Part shown: one piece after another, positions 30,082 through 38,110 of the stretch | How the letters are laid out: each line of letters starts with the position of its first letter | Position numbering within the stretch: position 1 is the first letter of the stretch | DNA from: Candidatus Moraniibacteriota bacterium | GTDB lineage: Bacteria > Patescibacteriota > Minisyncoccia > Moranbacterales > DUUL01 | DNA: 48,080 bases | Reading direction: 5' to 3' | Assembly (NCBI GenBank): GCA_027008775.1 | Contig: JALVDV010000009.1 | Location: 1-48,080, forward strand | Notes under the pieces: generated by a model | The model's input: the letters and a program-made list of their open reading frames with translations, nothing else | Told to the model about the DNA's origin: nothing | The model's database searches: none | Program-made: the position numbers and the translations under genes

Positions 30082-30119
30082 CCCCCAATCCTCTAACAGG
30101 ATTGGGGGCTTTTTCTTTT
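30082..30119 (+). terminator. Intrinsic terminator
   Basis: CCCCCAATCCT-CTAAC-AGGATTGGGGG then CTTTTTCTTTT. Confidence 0.85.
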
Positions 30120-30982
30120 GTGAGGGACAACTTATCAATTTAAAATTGACTTTTTTCAACAATTTATTCTTAAAAACTTAAATGACAAGATCTTTATTTC
30201 GCCTAAGTCTGTGGTCTTTAAATGTAGCTTTGAAAATTACTGCGAATCTCTTAAACGGAAACCAATTTGTTGATTCTCTTGTCCTCAGAAATACTTACAA
30301 CTCAGAAGATAAACAAATAATAATCCGTTTGGAAAAAAGTTAAAAAGATAGTGATATCTTGAGGAAGGGATAGTAAATCTAGCAAAAAGAGAGGCGTGAA
30401 CTGTGTCTAATCTATAAATTATGAACCGTAATGAATTGCAAATTATAAACCGGCTGAACTTTCTGTATTATGAAATTATCAATAATTTCATAATGCCTTT
30501 ATTTTCACCTCCACTGATACAGTGTTAAATTTGAGTAAATTATGATGAATAGGAAATTAGCTGTAAACGATAAATTAACTAGTTGTATTTTATGATTATG
30601 CCTTTTTTATTATGATATTATTGATAATATCATAATGCCCTTTTCTTTTTAGCGGAATATTGCCTTCAAATAAGTCTCGGCTAAAAAATCAGGGGTGATA
30701 ATTTGTCGGTCAGTTTTCACTTTTGTCTATTATGATATTATCAATAATATCATAATACTCTTTCATTTTTTTGTCAGTTACTCATCGGATTGCCAAATCA
30801 TTAAATTGGCAGAATTATTGCGAATTAAAAAATCCGGTACTTGAAGTCCGGTAAATAAATCAAAAACTTTAACTTTTTACCTAATTGCATTATTCCGTTT
30901 TGTAAATACTTGCAAAAAGTCTGATTCGCCCTTACCGGAAATCATCAGAATTAAATCAACGAACAGAATAGAAGTGACAGCT

Positions 30983-31008
30983 TATACCCCCGAAATATAC
31001 CCCCGAAA
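30983..31008. repeat. 13-bp tandem duplication
   Basis: TATACCCCCGAAA x2. Confidence 0.85.
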
Positions 31009-31318
31009 TCTGACATATTGTGAGTGTTAGGATTTTCCGGTTTAATCTTAAAGACAAAGGCGGGGACACTTTTAGAAATATTGTTGTCAGAAATTGATTT
31101 TTGGTGTTTAATGGACAAGGGAAAACAGTTTGTGTAATTGTAATTCTGAGAAATATTGCCGACTTAGTTTGAGTCCGTACTTCGGTTTGTCTTTAGTCAA
31201 TTTTATATAAAGACTGCGCCTCTTTTCCGGAATTTGTTTGTTTTTTCTCATTTTTTATTTGCTCCCAAAAATATTTTTCCCGAATCATGATTTTCACTCT
31301 TATTTAGCCTCTTATTTT

Positions 31319-32998
31319 ATGACACGCTTGCAACGAAAACTCTATACCTTATCCTTCGTGATTTTGTTTATTCTGACCGCTCCCCTCTTAATAATGATGG
31401 CCAGTGGTTACAGTTTTGATTGGGTGGGCAAAGTCTTGGTACATAATGGAGGAATAACTATTAAAAGCATTCCGCGCGAAGTGGACATTTTTTTGGATGG
31501 CAAAAAAATTTCCGACAAAAAATTAAATATCATTAACGGCAACTATTTGATTAACGGGGTTCGCTTCGGCAAGCACACTGTCCGTTGTGAAAAAGAGGGT
31601 TATACCAGTTGGCAAAAAACGGTTGACGTTCATTCCGGAGTTTCCACCGAGTTTTGGAATGTAATTTTATTTCCCTTGAATAACAAAACCTTAAAAATTT
31701 ATTCTCCCACCAACGTAGAACGATTTTTTTTGTCACCCCGCAATGAAAATGAATTGGTTTTGTACCGTAAAAATGGCGATAAACTTTCCATTTCTTTGCT
31801 CAATACTAAAAGCGGGCAGGAAAAGTTATTGTTTGAAACCGACTCTTACATTCACTTTTTGCCACAAGCGGAAGAAAACGTGGAATGGAGCAGTAACCAT
31901 AAAAAAATATTGATTCCAGCGGAAAAATCCACTGGAGAAAAGGATTACCTTATTTTGGACACTGAAAACGAAGAAATCAAGCCGATATTTTTTTCGGAAA
32001 TTATCAAAAAAACCCCTCTTTTGACAAAAAATTTGTCGGCGGAAGAAAAACAAAAAGCAAATTTAAAAAAATCCAATTCGGCGGAAGACGCTCTGTCAAA
32101 CGGTGAGGCAAAAAAAGGCAAACGGGCCGGGCAAACTTTTTCCGGTAAAGAGGCGGTAGTAAAAGACAAAAAGGCCGGTAAAGCTTTTTCTCCGGTTGAT
32201 TTGATTTATTACGCTCGCTGGATGTTTGACAACGATCATAAATTATTGCTGTTGACGAGCGACCATCGCCTCCTTTTTGTGGATGTTGATGAGCCGACAG
32301 AAACACTCTTAATAGATGAAGGGGTTAATGGCTTTGATTTGGCCGGGGATCATTTATATTATTTAAAACTTAATTCCGGAGAAATTTGGGACGTCAAACC
32401 GGGAAAAGATTATCGTCAGCTCATAGCCAAAACAAAATTTCCTCCGGCAATAGGCAATGAGATTTTTTTGAGGATGTTTGTTTACGATGAATTAAGAATG
32501 ACTTTTCTAACGCCTACCAAGGAGTTGTTTGTTTTAAATAAACTGAAACCTTATGACTGGGAGTTGATTTTCAATAAGATTGCCGATGGTGTCAAAGGCA
32601 TCCAATTTAGCGACGACGGCAAAAAAATGCTTTACTGGACCAATAATGAAATTTGGGTTTATATGCTTCGTGATTGGGACAATCAACCGCGACGACACAG
32701 GAACGAAAAGATATTCATCACTCGTTTTCTTTCCGGAGTGAACAACGTGCAATGGTTGGAAACATTTGAAAACGTGATATTCACCAAGGAAAATCTCATT
32801 AAGGCGGCCGAACTGGACAACCGGGATAAAATAAATCTGGTGGATGTTTATCAAGCCAAGGGCGAGATAGAAGAACATAATGGCTTGTACAATAAACAAA
32901 CCGGCTTGTTTTATTTCTTGGAAGATGGCGATTCGCAAAAGCAAGTGCGCTCCATTGAGGTTATTAAACATTCAAGTTTTTTCGGTTTAGGCGCTTAG
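31319..32998 (+). CDS. PEGA-domain membrane-anchored beta-propeller protein
   Basis: N-terminal TM, ASGYSFD, GGITIKSIP..IFLDGK..KEGYTSWQK PEGA segment, FSDDGKK repeats. ATG at 31319 preferred over the track's 31238 start. Confidence 0.8.
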   Translation: MTRLQRKLYTLSFVILFILTAPLLIMMASGYSFDWVGKVLVHNGGITIKSIPREVDIFLDGKKISDKKLNIINGNYLINGVRFGKHTVRCEKEGYTSWQKTVDVHSGVSTEFWNVILFPLNNKTLKIYSPTNVERFFLSPRNENELVLYRKNGDKLSISLLNTKSGQEKLLFETDSYIHFLPQAEENVEWSSNHKKILIPAEKSTGEKDYLILDTENEEIKPIFFSEIIKKTPLLTKNLSAEEKQKANLKKSNSAEDALSNGEAKKGKRAGQTFSGKEAVVKDKKAGKAFSPVDLIYYARWMFDNDHKLLLLTSDHRLLFVDVDEPTETLLIDEGVNGFDLAGDHLYYLKLNSGEIWDVKPGKDYRQLIAKTKFPPAIGNEIFLRMFVYDELRMTFLTPTKELFVLNKLKPYDWELIFNKIADGVKGIQFSDDGKKMLYWTNNEIWVYMLRDWDNQPRRHRNEKIFITRFLSGVNNVQWLETFENVIFTKENLIKAAELDNRDKINLVDVYQAKGEIEEHNGLYNKQTGLFYFLEDGDSQKQVRSIEVIKHSSFFGLGA

Positions 32999-33052
32999 AA
33001 AACGATGCATGATGTAGCAAATTCTGTTCTTATCAATTAGAAAATTCCAACT

Positions 33053-33082
33053 AAAAAATCGGGACAGGTAATCCCGATTTTT
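33053..33082. terminator. Bidirectional terminator between convergent PEGA gene and groES
   Basis: AAAAAATCGGGA-CAGGTAA-TCCCGATTTTT. Confidence 0.8.
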
Positions 33083-33113
33083 GAAATGTTGCCAGCAGAC
33101 AATTCACTGTTTC

Positions 33114-33392
33114 CTATTCCACCACCGCCAAAACATCTTCCATAGCATTAAGGATTAGATATTCTTGGCCTTTAAATTCAACCTTACTGCCGGCATATTG
33201 TTTGAAAATAATTTTAACGCCTTCTTTAATTTTAGAATTGATGCTTGAGCTGTCACCAACAGCCACAACTTCCCCTTCTTGAGGGGTTTCATTTCCCTCA
33301 CCTTCCGGCAAAACAATGCCTGACTCGGTAGTTTTTTCTTCCTCTACCGGTTTAACCAAAATGTTTGCTCCCAAAGGTTGTATTTTTGCCAT
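33114..33392 (-). CDS. groES: Co-chaperonin GroES
   Basis: IQPLG..ILVKP..TTESGIVLP..GEVVAVG..YAG..EDVLAVV. Confidence 0.95.
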   Translation of the reverse strand: MAKIQPLGANILVKPVEEEKTTESGIVLPEGEGNETPQEGEVVAVGDSSSINSKIKEGVKIIFKQYAGSKVEFKGQEYLILNAMEDVLAVVE

Positions 33393-33459
33393 TTTATTTA
33401 TCTGTTAATTATTAGTTATTGATTAGTTGTTTATTCTTTCGTTTCTTATTTTAAGAATT

Positions 33460-33486
33460 TTAGCAATCGTGTCAAGTAATTGCTAA
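33460..33486 (-). promoter_or_regulatory. CIRCE-like (HrcA) operator overlapping the groES -35
   Basis: TTAGCAATC-N9-AATTGCTAA versus consensus TTAGCACTC-N9-GAGTGCTAA; TTGACA lies in the spacer on the minus strand. Confidence 0.75.
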
Positions 33487-33565
33487 TTATCGACCCGGCC
33501 CCCTTGATTTAATTGCACAGTTGGGTATTATTTATTTGCACGGGTTTGTTGTGAGTGCTTTATTT

Positions 33566-33638
33566 GCCTGCATAGCTCAGTTGGTAGAGCAACGCACTCG
33601 TAACGCGTAGGTCATCGGTTCGATCCCGATTGCAGGCT
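33566..33638 (+). tRNA. tRNA-Thr(CGT)
   Basis: GCCTGCA acceptor stem, D arm TAGCTCAGTTGGTAGAGC, anticodon loop CTCGTAA, GGTTCGATCCC T arm; CCA not encoded. Confidence 0.95.
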
Positions 33639-33718
33639 CAAGATTGTTACTGTGCTGATCAGAAGACAAGCAAATCCAATGTCACTAAAAAAATAAAAAC
33701 GAGTGAAAGAAAAGAAAG

Positions 33719-34300
33719 ATGAATAAAATTTTATTGCGTCTCAGATATCCAAAATTGATTTTACTTGGAGTGTCTTTTTTGTTGGGTTTTTTGATTTATT
33801 TTGACCAAAATAATTTTCATTTTCACACCCTCATTGACAAGGCCGGTTATTGGGGAATTTTTTTGGCGGGCGCTTTTCTTTCCCATGGTTTCACTTTGGG
33901 TCCCGGCATCGCTGCCCTTTTAATTGTCGCCCAAGAAACCGGCAGACCTTTTTGGTTGGTCAGTTTGATTGCCACCTTGGGCGCCATCATCGGCAATGGA
34001 ATAACTTACAATCTCTTGCGGATTTCTTATCATCAGGAATTGGAGGAATTATCGCGTCTGCCCTTTTTTAAAAGACTGCAAGAATGGAGTGAACGACATA
34101 CGCCAAATCTGATAAAAAAATATCTCTTTCCCGTTTTCGCCGGCATTATTTCCGCCACTCCCTTGCCCGATGAATTTAGCATTTTGTTGATTAAGGCTTC
34201 GCAAGGAGTTTCCATTACCGCCTTCACCATTATTACCGCCTTGGTTAGTATTTTCGGGGTAACTGTCATTTTACTGCTGGGTCGGATACTCGCCGGCTAA
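33719..34300 (+). CDS. Hypothetical multi-pass membrane protein (DedA/VTT-like topology possible)
   Basis: Several hydrophobic segments, ATLGAIIGN and TPLPDE motifs. Confidence 0.7.
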   Translation: MNKILLRLRYPKLILLGVSFLLGFLIYFDQNNFHFHTLIDKAGYWGIFLAGAFLSHGFTLGPGIAALLIVAQETGRPFWLVSLIATLGAIIGNGITYNLLRISYHQELEELSRLPFFKRLQEWSERHTPNLIKKYLFPVFAGIISATPLPDEFSILLIKASQGVSITAFTIITALVSIFGVTVILLLGRILAG

Positions 34301-35271
34301 TTCATTTTCTTATTTTCAATCCATTCCCGCAAAGCTTCCTGGTAAGGACGTAGGGGCGGTCTTTTTCTGTTTTGCAAAACGGAAACCGCCGGTCTCTGCG
34401 CCGGCCGAGGAAATTCTTCCGGTCCCACCGGAATTATTTTTGTTTTCAGGTTTAATAGACTATAAAGAGTTTCTACGCCTTCAAACCAAGTGGCTACCCC
34501 TTCATTGGCCAAGTGGTAAATTCCGTTTGGTTCACGATTCTCAACAATCTCCCGACTGGCCCGGGCCAGATCGGGAGCGTAAGTAAATTTACTGAGTTCC
34601 CCGTCCACCGCTTTCACGCTGAAATGCTTTAATCCCAATTCCCACATCACTTCAAAAAAACTTTTTTTAGCCAAATTGTTTTTGGAATCACCACCAAACA
34701 ATTTGGAAAGGCGAATTAAATAATAGTCGCCGCTAACCTCTTCCACCGCCTCTTCTCCACGCCACTTGGTGTAGCCATAACGGTTGAGCGGGTTGGGCTG
34801 ATCGTCTTCGGCATATTGCCAGCAAGAAATTGTTTCCTCTCTGCCTTCATACTGACAACCATCGCAACCGTGTCCACAGCAATAGGGCGCTCTCTGACCG
34901 TTTTTATATCTTGGTCGCTTTCCGTCAAAGACATAATCGGAAGAATAGTGGACAAAAGTGCTTCCCAAATTATTGGCTATTTCCGCCAATTTCTTTGGCA
35001 AATCAATATTTAAAACTTTGGCTTTGGCATATTCCTCATCATCTTCTTCGCAGGAATCAACCGCGTTGTAGGCTACGGCATTGTAAATAACGTCCGGCCA
35101 GACAGCTTGTACTTTGTTTGTTAATTTTTTAAAATCACGAACGTCCACTTCATCAATGTCCCAAGCAAACACTTGATAATCTTCAGGGTTATTGGCTTGG
35201 AGCTGGCGGTAGAGCTTGGTTAATTCTGAACCAAGCATACCTTTGGCTCCTAAAATCAATATTTTTTGCAT
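34297..35271 (-). CDS. rmlD: dTDP-4-dehydrorhamnose reductase-like SDR
   Basis: GAKGMLG, YNAVD, SSDYVFDG, YGYTK (YxxxK), PTY-like FTY, G.YH and RP motifs. Confidence 0.85.
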   Translation of the reverse strand: MQKILILGAKGMLGSELTKLYRQLQANNPEDYQVFAWDIDEVDVRDFKKLTNKVQAVWPDVIYNAVAYNAVDSCEEDDEEYAKAKVLNIDLPKKLAEIANNLGSTFVHYSSDYVFDGKRPRYKNGQRAPYCCGHGCDGCQYEGREETISCWQYAEDDQPNPLNRYGYTKWRGEEAVEEVSGDYYLIRLSKLFGGDSKNNLAKKSFFEVMWELGLKHFSVKAVDGELSKFTYAPDLARASREIVENREPNGIYHLANEGVATWFEGVETLYSLLNLKTKIIPVGPEEFPRPAQRPAVSVLQNRKRPPLRPYQEALREWIENKKMN

Positions 35272-35280
35272 AGTCTTAAA

Positions 35281-36087
35281 TTAAGTTGTTTTATTTTTAC
35301 TAATCACCCTCTCTAACTGAAAACGAGCAATTTCACTTAATTCTTCGCGGTTACTTTGCTTGTCAACATAAAATGGTTTTCCCAAATAAACATCTTTTTT
35401 CTTAAATGCTACCGGAATTATAGGAAGAGCTTGTTCGTTTATTTTTTGATAAAGTTTGGCAATCAAGCCGTATCCGGGGAAAGGGTGTCGTGGATCATTT
35501 TTCAAGCGAGTCCAAAGACCATCAACAAATAATTGAATATTTTGTCCCGCCAAAAGAACGGCTACGATTTGTTTTAAATATTTTTTATTTTTTAACAAAT
35601 CAACTGCTGAGTATCTAAGTATTTTCTCTTGATTTCTTTTTTCCCAAAAGGGCGCTCGTTTTAAAATTTCTTTTTTTTCTTCTAGACTCAATTCCGGAAA
35701 TTTAGCCCGTAACGGCAACATTTCCAACTCTTTCATCAGATTTTTTTTGACACCAAAAAGAAGTTGATCCTGCCAATGAATGGTTTCAGAAGCTACCAGA
35801 TGAACTTTTTCGTCTAAAGCCACCATGAGTCGCCAGATGTCATCTCCTTCATTGTGCCGACTGATAAATAGTTTTTCGCCGACGGGAAGGTTTTCTTGAC
35901 CGTAAACATGCTCCACTAATCTACTCTTAACCATTTTGACCAGGTTGTAAATAAGGGAGGGTTTGTCAGCCGGCCTGATATAATCTGGTAGATATTTTCT
36001 GATAAATTCTTCTTTTTTATTTGTAATCTTTTCTTGATTAAAATTTGCTTCTTTTTTATTTTTATTCAATGCCATATTGATATCCAA
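35281..36087 (-). CDS. PlsC-like lysophospholipid acyltransferase (divergent)
   Basis: VYGQENLP, SRHNEGDD (HX4D), LFVDG and PIIPV blocks. Confidence 0.6.
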   Translation of the reverse strand: MDINMALNKNKKEANFNQEKITNKKEEFIRKYLPDYIRPADKPSLIYNLVKMVKSRLVEHVYGQENLPVGEKLFISRHNEGDDIWRLMVALDEKVHLVASETIHWQDQLLFGVKKNLMKELEMLPLRAKFPELSLEEKKEILKRAPFWEKRNQEKILRYSAVDLLKNKKYLKQIVAVLLAGQNIQLFVDGLWTRLKNDPRHPFPGYGLIAKLYQKINEQALPIIPVAFKKKDVYLGKPFYVDKQSNREELSEIARFQLERVISKNKTT

Positions 36088-36094
36088 CTAAAAC

Positions 36095-36646
36095 TTATTT
36101 TGCCCGAGGAGGTGGAATACGAGGACCGAGTTTTTTAATTTTTAAATTATTCAATTGTCCCCTTATTTTATTGATTTCTTTCAATACTTCTTTCTTTTGC
36201 CAACCCTTCCTCTCTAGCAAATTAAGACAATATTCAATGGTTTTTTCATAGTTGTTTTTAAAACGAGTATTGATTTTTTTCCAGGGAATACCTCGCAAAT
36301 CGTCAGCCAGCCGGTGGTTAAATTTTACCAAACCCTCTTGCAACAAAACGGCAATCATCGGATAGCCAAGATATCCCTGCCAGTAACTGCCGTTATCATT
36401 AGCCGTCAAAGCATTGAAATCTTTGTTGGCTCTAACCAAATAAAATTTGTTTCGCTCGGAAGAATAAACCCGCCAACAAAGTTCACTTTTGCTTCTTTTC
36501 TCTGACGGAGCGCAGGGTTTTATTCTGTCTTTATCGCCCAGAGTGCCCAGGGCCTCAAAAATTTTAATCAACGGTGGTTGTTTCCAAAAATTTTTTCCCG
36601 GCGCCACCGTCCCGTGTCTGTTCATCAGTTTACTGTTGGTTGCCAT
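36095..36646 (-). CDS. Conserved hypothetical protein
   Basis: Long ORF in operon context with WKQPPLIKIFEALG and NDNGSYWQGYLGYP segments. Confidence 0.7.
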   Translation of the reverse strand: MATNSKLMNRHGTVAPGKNFWKQPPLIKIFEALGTLGDKDRIKPCAPSEKRSKSELCWRVYSSERNKFYLVRANKDFNALTANDNGSYWQGYLGYPMIAVLLQEGLVKFNHRLADDLRGIPWKKINTRFKNNYEKTIEYCLNLLERKGWQKKEVLKEINKIRGQLNNLKIKKLGPRIPPPRAK

Positions 36647-36661
36647 AATAATTTTTGAAAC

Positions 36662-36796
36662 TTAAAATAGTTTTCCCAATATATTTTCACCGGTACTAGA
36701 GTTATTGAAAAGCCATCCGACCAAATAGATCAGCAATAAGAACAGCAGACCTGATATCGTTGCCAATATGATGTAGAATTGATATTTTTTATTCAT
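36662..36796 (-). CDS. Small single-TM protein (44 aa)
   Basis: Manual translation MNKKYQFYIILATISGLLFLLLIYLVGWLFNNSSTGENILGKLF fills the gap between rarA and the next gene in the same orientation. Confidence 0.6.
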   Translation of the reverse strand: MNKKYQFYIILATISGLLFLLLIYLVGWLFNNSSTGENILGKLF

Positions 36797-36822
36797 TCTT
36801 TTAGGAAGGATTATTTTTTAAA

Positions 36823-38088
36823 TTACTTTTTAATATTTAACCATTTTTTATTCTTCAACTCGGGGGGCAAGAAAGTTTGTTTCTTGTTTTCTTCGGCTGA
36901 AACTTTGGGAGTGTATTTATAGCCCTGACCATAACCTAATTCTCTCATCAATTCGGTGGAGGCATTGCGAAGGTGCAAGGGAACCGGTAGGTGGCCAGTT
37001 TTTTTGACTGTTTCGGTCACTTTTTGGTAAGCCTCGTAGAGAGCGATTGATTTTTTGCTTTTAGCCATATAAACGGTGGCTTGGGCCAAATTGAGAGCAC
37101 ATTCCGGCATCCCCAGAAAGCGACAGGCGTCGTAGGCGGCAGTGGCTTGAGGAAGCGCCAGACTGTTGGCCAAGCCGATATCTTCACTGGCAAATCTAAT
37201 CAAACGACGGGCAATGTACAGAGGGTCTTCTCCCCCTTCCAGCATCCTGACCAACCAATATAGGCCGGCGTTGGCGTCTCCGCCACGCAATGATTTATGA
37301 AAAGCGCTAATGAGGTTATAATGTTCTTCTCCTTGGCGATCGTAAAAAAGATTTGATTTTTGCATGGCCTCTTCAATATCCCGGCGCCGGACAATTTTTT
37401 GGCTAATTGATTTGCTTTTACCTTTTTCTTTTGCCCGACTGGTTGAACAAATTTTAGGCAAAACTTCCAAGGCATTGAGCAATGTTCGGGCGTCACCATT
37501 GCTGAGGGTGACCAAGTAGCGTTTATTTTTGTCCGATATGACTAAATTTTCTTTCCCCAAACCATTCTCCTTGTCCTTCAAAACTTTATTTAAAATCTTT
37601 AACAAATCTTTGTCCAAGAGACTGTTAAGAATAAAAGTGCGACAACGCGACAATAAAGCGTTATTAACGGTAAAACTGGGATTTTCGGTGGTTGCTCCGA
37701 TGAGGATTATTTTCCCCTTTTCCACATAAGGCAACAAGGCGTCTTGTTGCGACTTATTGAAGCGGTGAATTTCATCAATGAAAAGAATTGTCCGCCGGCC
37801 AGACCGCAAATTATCCGTTGCTTGACGAGCGATTTTTCTGATTTCCTTGACTCCCGCTTCGGTAGCATTGAGCTGTTGAAAATCGGCTTTGGTTTCTTGA
37901 GCAATAATATTGGCCAAAGTGGTTTTACCACTACCCGGAGGTCCCCACAGTAAACAGGAGGCAACCTGATCTTGGGCGATCAATTGTTGTAAAATTTTTC
38001 CTTCTCCGACTAAATGTTTTTGGCCGACAAATTCAGCCAGATTCTTCGGGCGCATTCTTTCGGCTAAGGGCGCAGATTTATTTTGCAT
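36823..38088 (-). CDS. rarA: Replication-associated recombination protein A (MgsA/RarA)
   Basis: PLAERMRP, GPPGSGKTT, DEIHRFNKSQQD, GATTENPSF and SEDIG motifs. Confidence 0.96.
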   Translation of the reverse strand: MQNKSAPLAERMRPKNLAEFVGQKHLVGEGKILQQLIAQDQVASCLLWGPPGSGKTTLANIIAQETKADFQQLNATEAGVKEIRKIARQATDNLRSGRRTILFIDEIHRFNKSQQDALLPYVEKGKIILIGATTENPSFTVNNALLSRCRTFILNSLLDKDLLKILNKVLKDKENGLGKENLVISDKNKRYLVTLSNGDARTLLNALEVLPKICSTSRAKEKGKSKSISQKIVRRRDIEEAMQKSNLFYDRQGEEHYNLISAFHKSLRGGDANAGLYWLVRMLEGGEDPLYIARRLIRFASEDIGLANSLALPQATAAYDACRFLGMPECALNLAQATVYMAKSKKSIALYEAYQKVTETVKKTGHLPVPLHLRNASTELMRELGYGQGYKYTPKVSAEENKKQTFLPPELKNKKWLNIKK

Positions 38089-38110
38089 AACTAAATTTTG
38101 AAAGCTTGAA

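Larger units (their letters stand above)
25679..30757. repeat. Dispersed array of 12 copies of a 30-bp 14-2-14 palindrome TATTATGATATTAT(TG/CA)ATAATATCATAATA
   Basis: Copies start at 25679, 25868, 26713, 26844, 27301, 28905, 29172, 29327, 29446, 30466, 30608 and 30728; 0-3 mismatches each; all lie outside the credible CDSs. Confidence 0.97.

Noticed and set aside
29407-30130. ORF-track entries 29407-29688, 29428-29700, 29764-29982 and 29837-30130
   Set aside because: They read through palindromes, promoter or terminator, lack RBS or recognisable motifs, and are likely spurious.
25679-30757. CRISPR array interpretation of the 30-bp repeats
   Set aside because: Spacers are 89 to more than 1500 bp and irregular, polarity flips, whole genes lie between repeats, and no cas genes are present.
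25679-30757. Fur/PerR boxes, dif site or integron attC sites
   Set aside because: The motif differs from the GATAATGATAATCATTATC and XerC/XerD consensus, lacks attC RYYYAAC/GTTRRRY ends, and most copies are not at promoters or gene ends.
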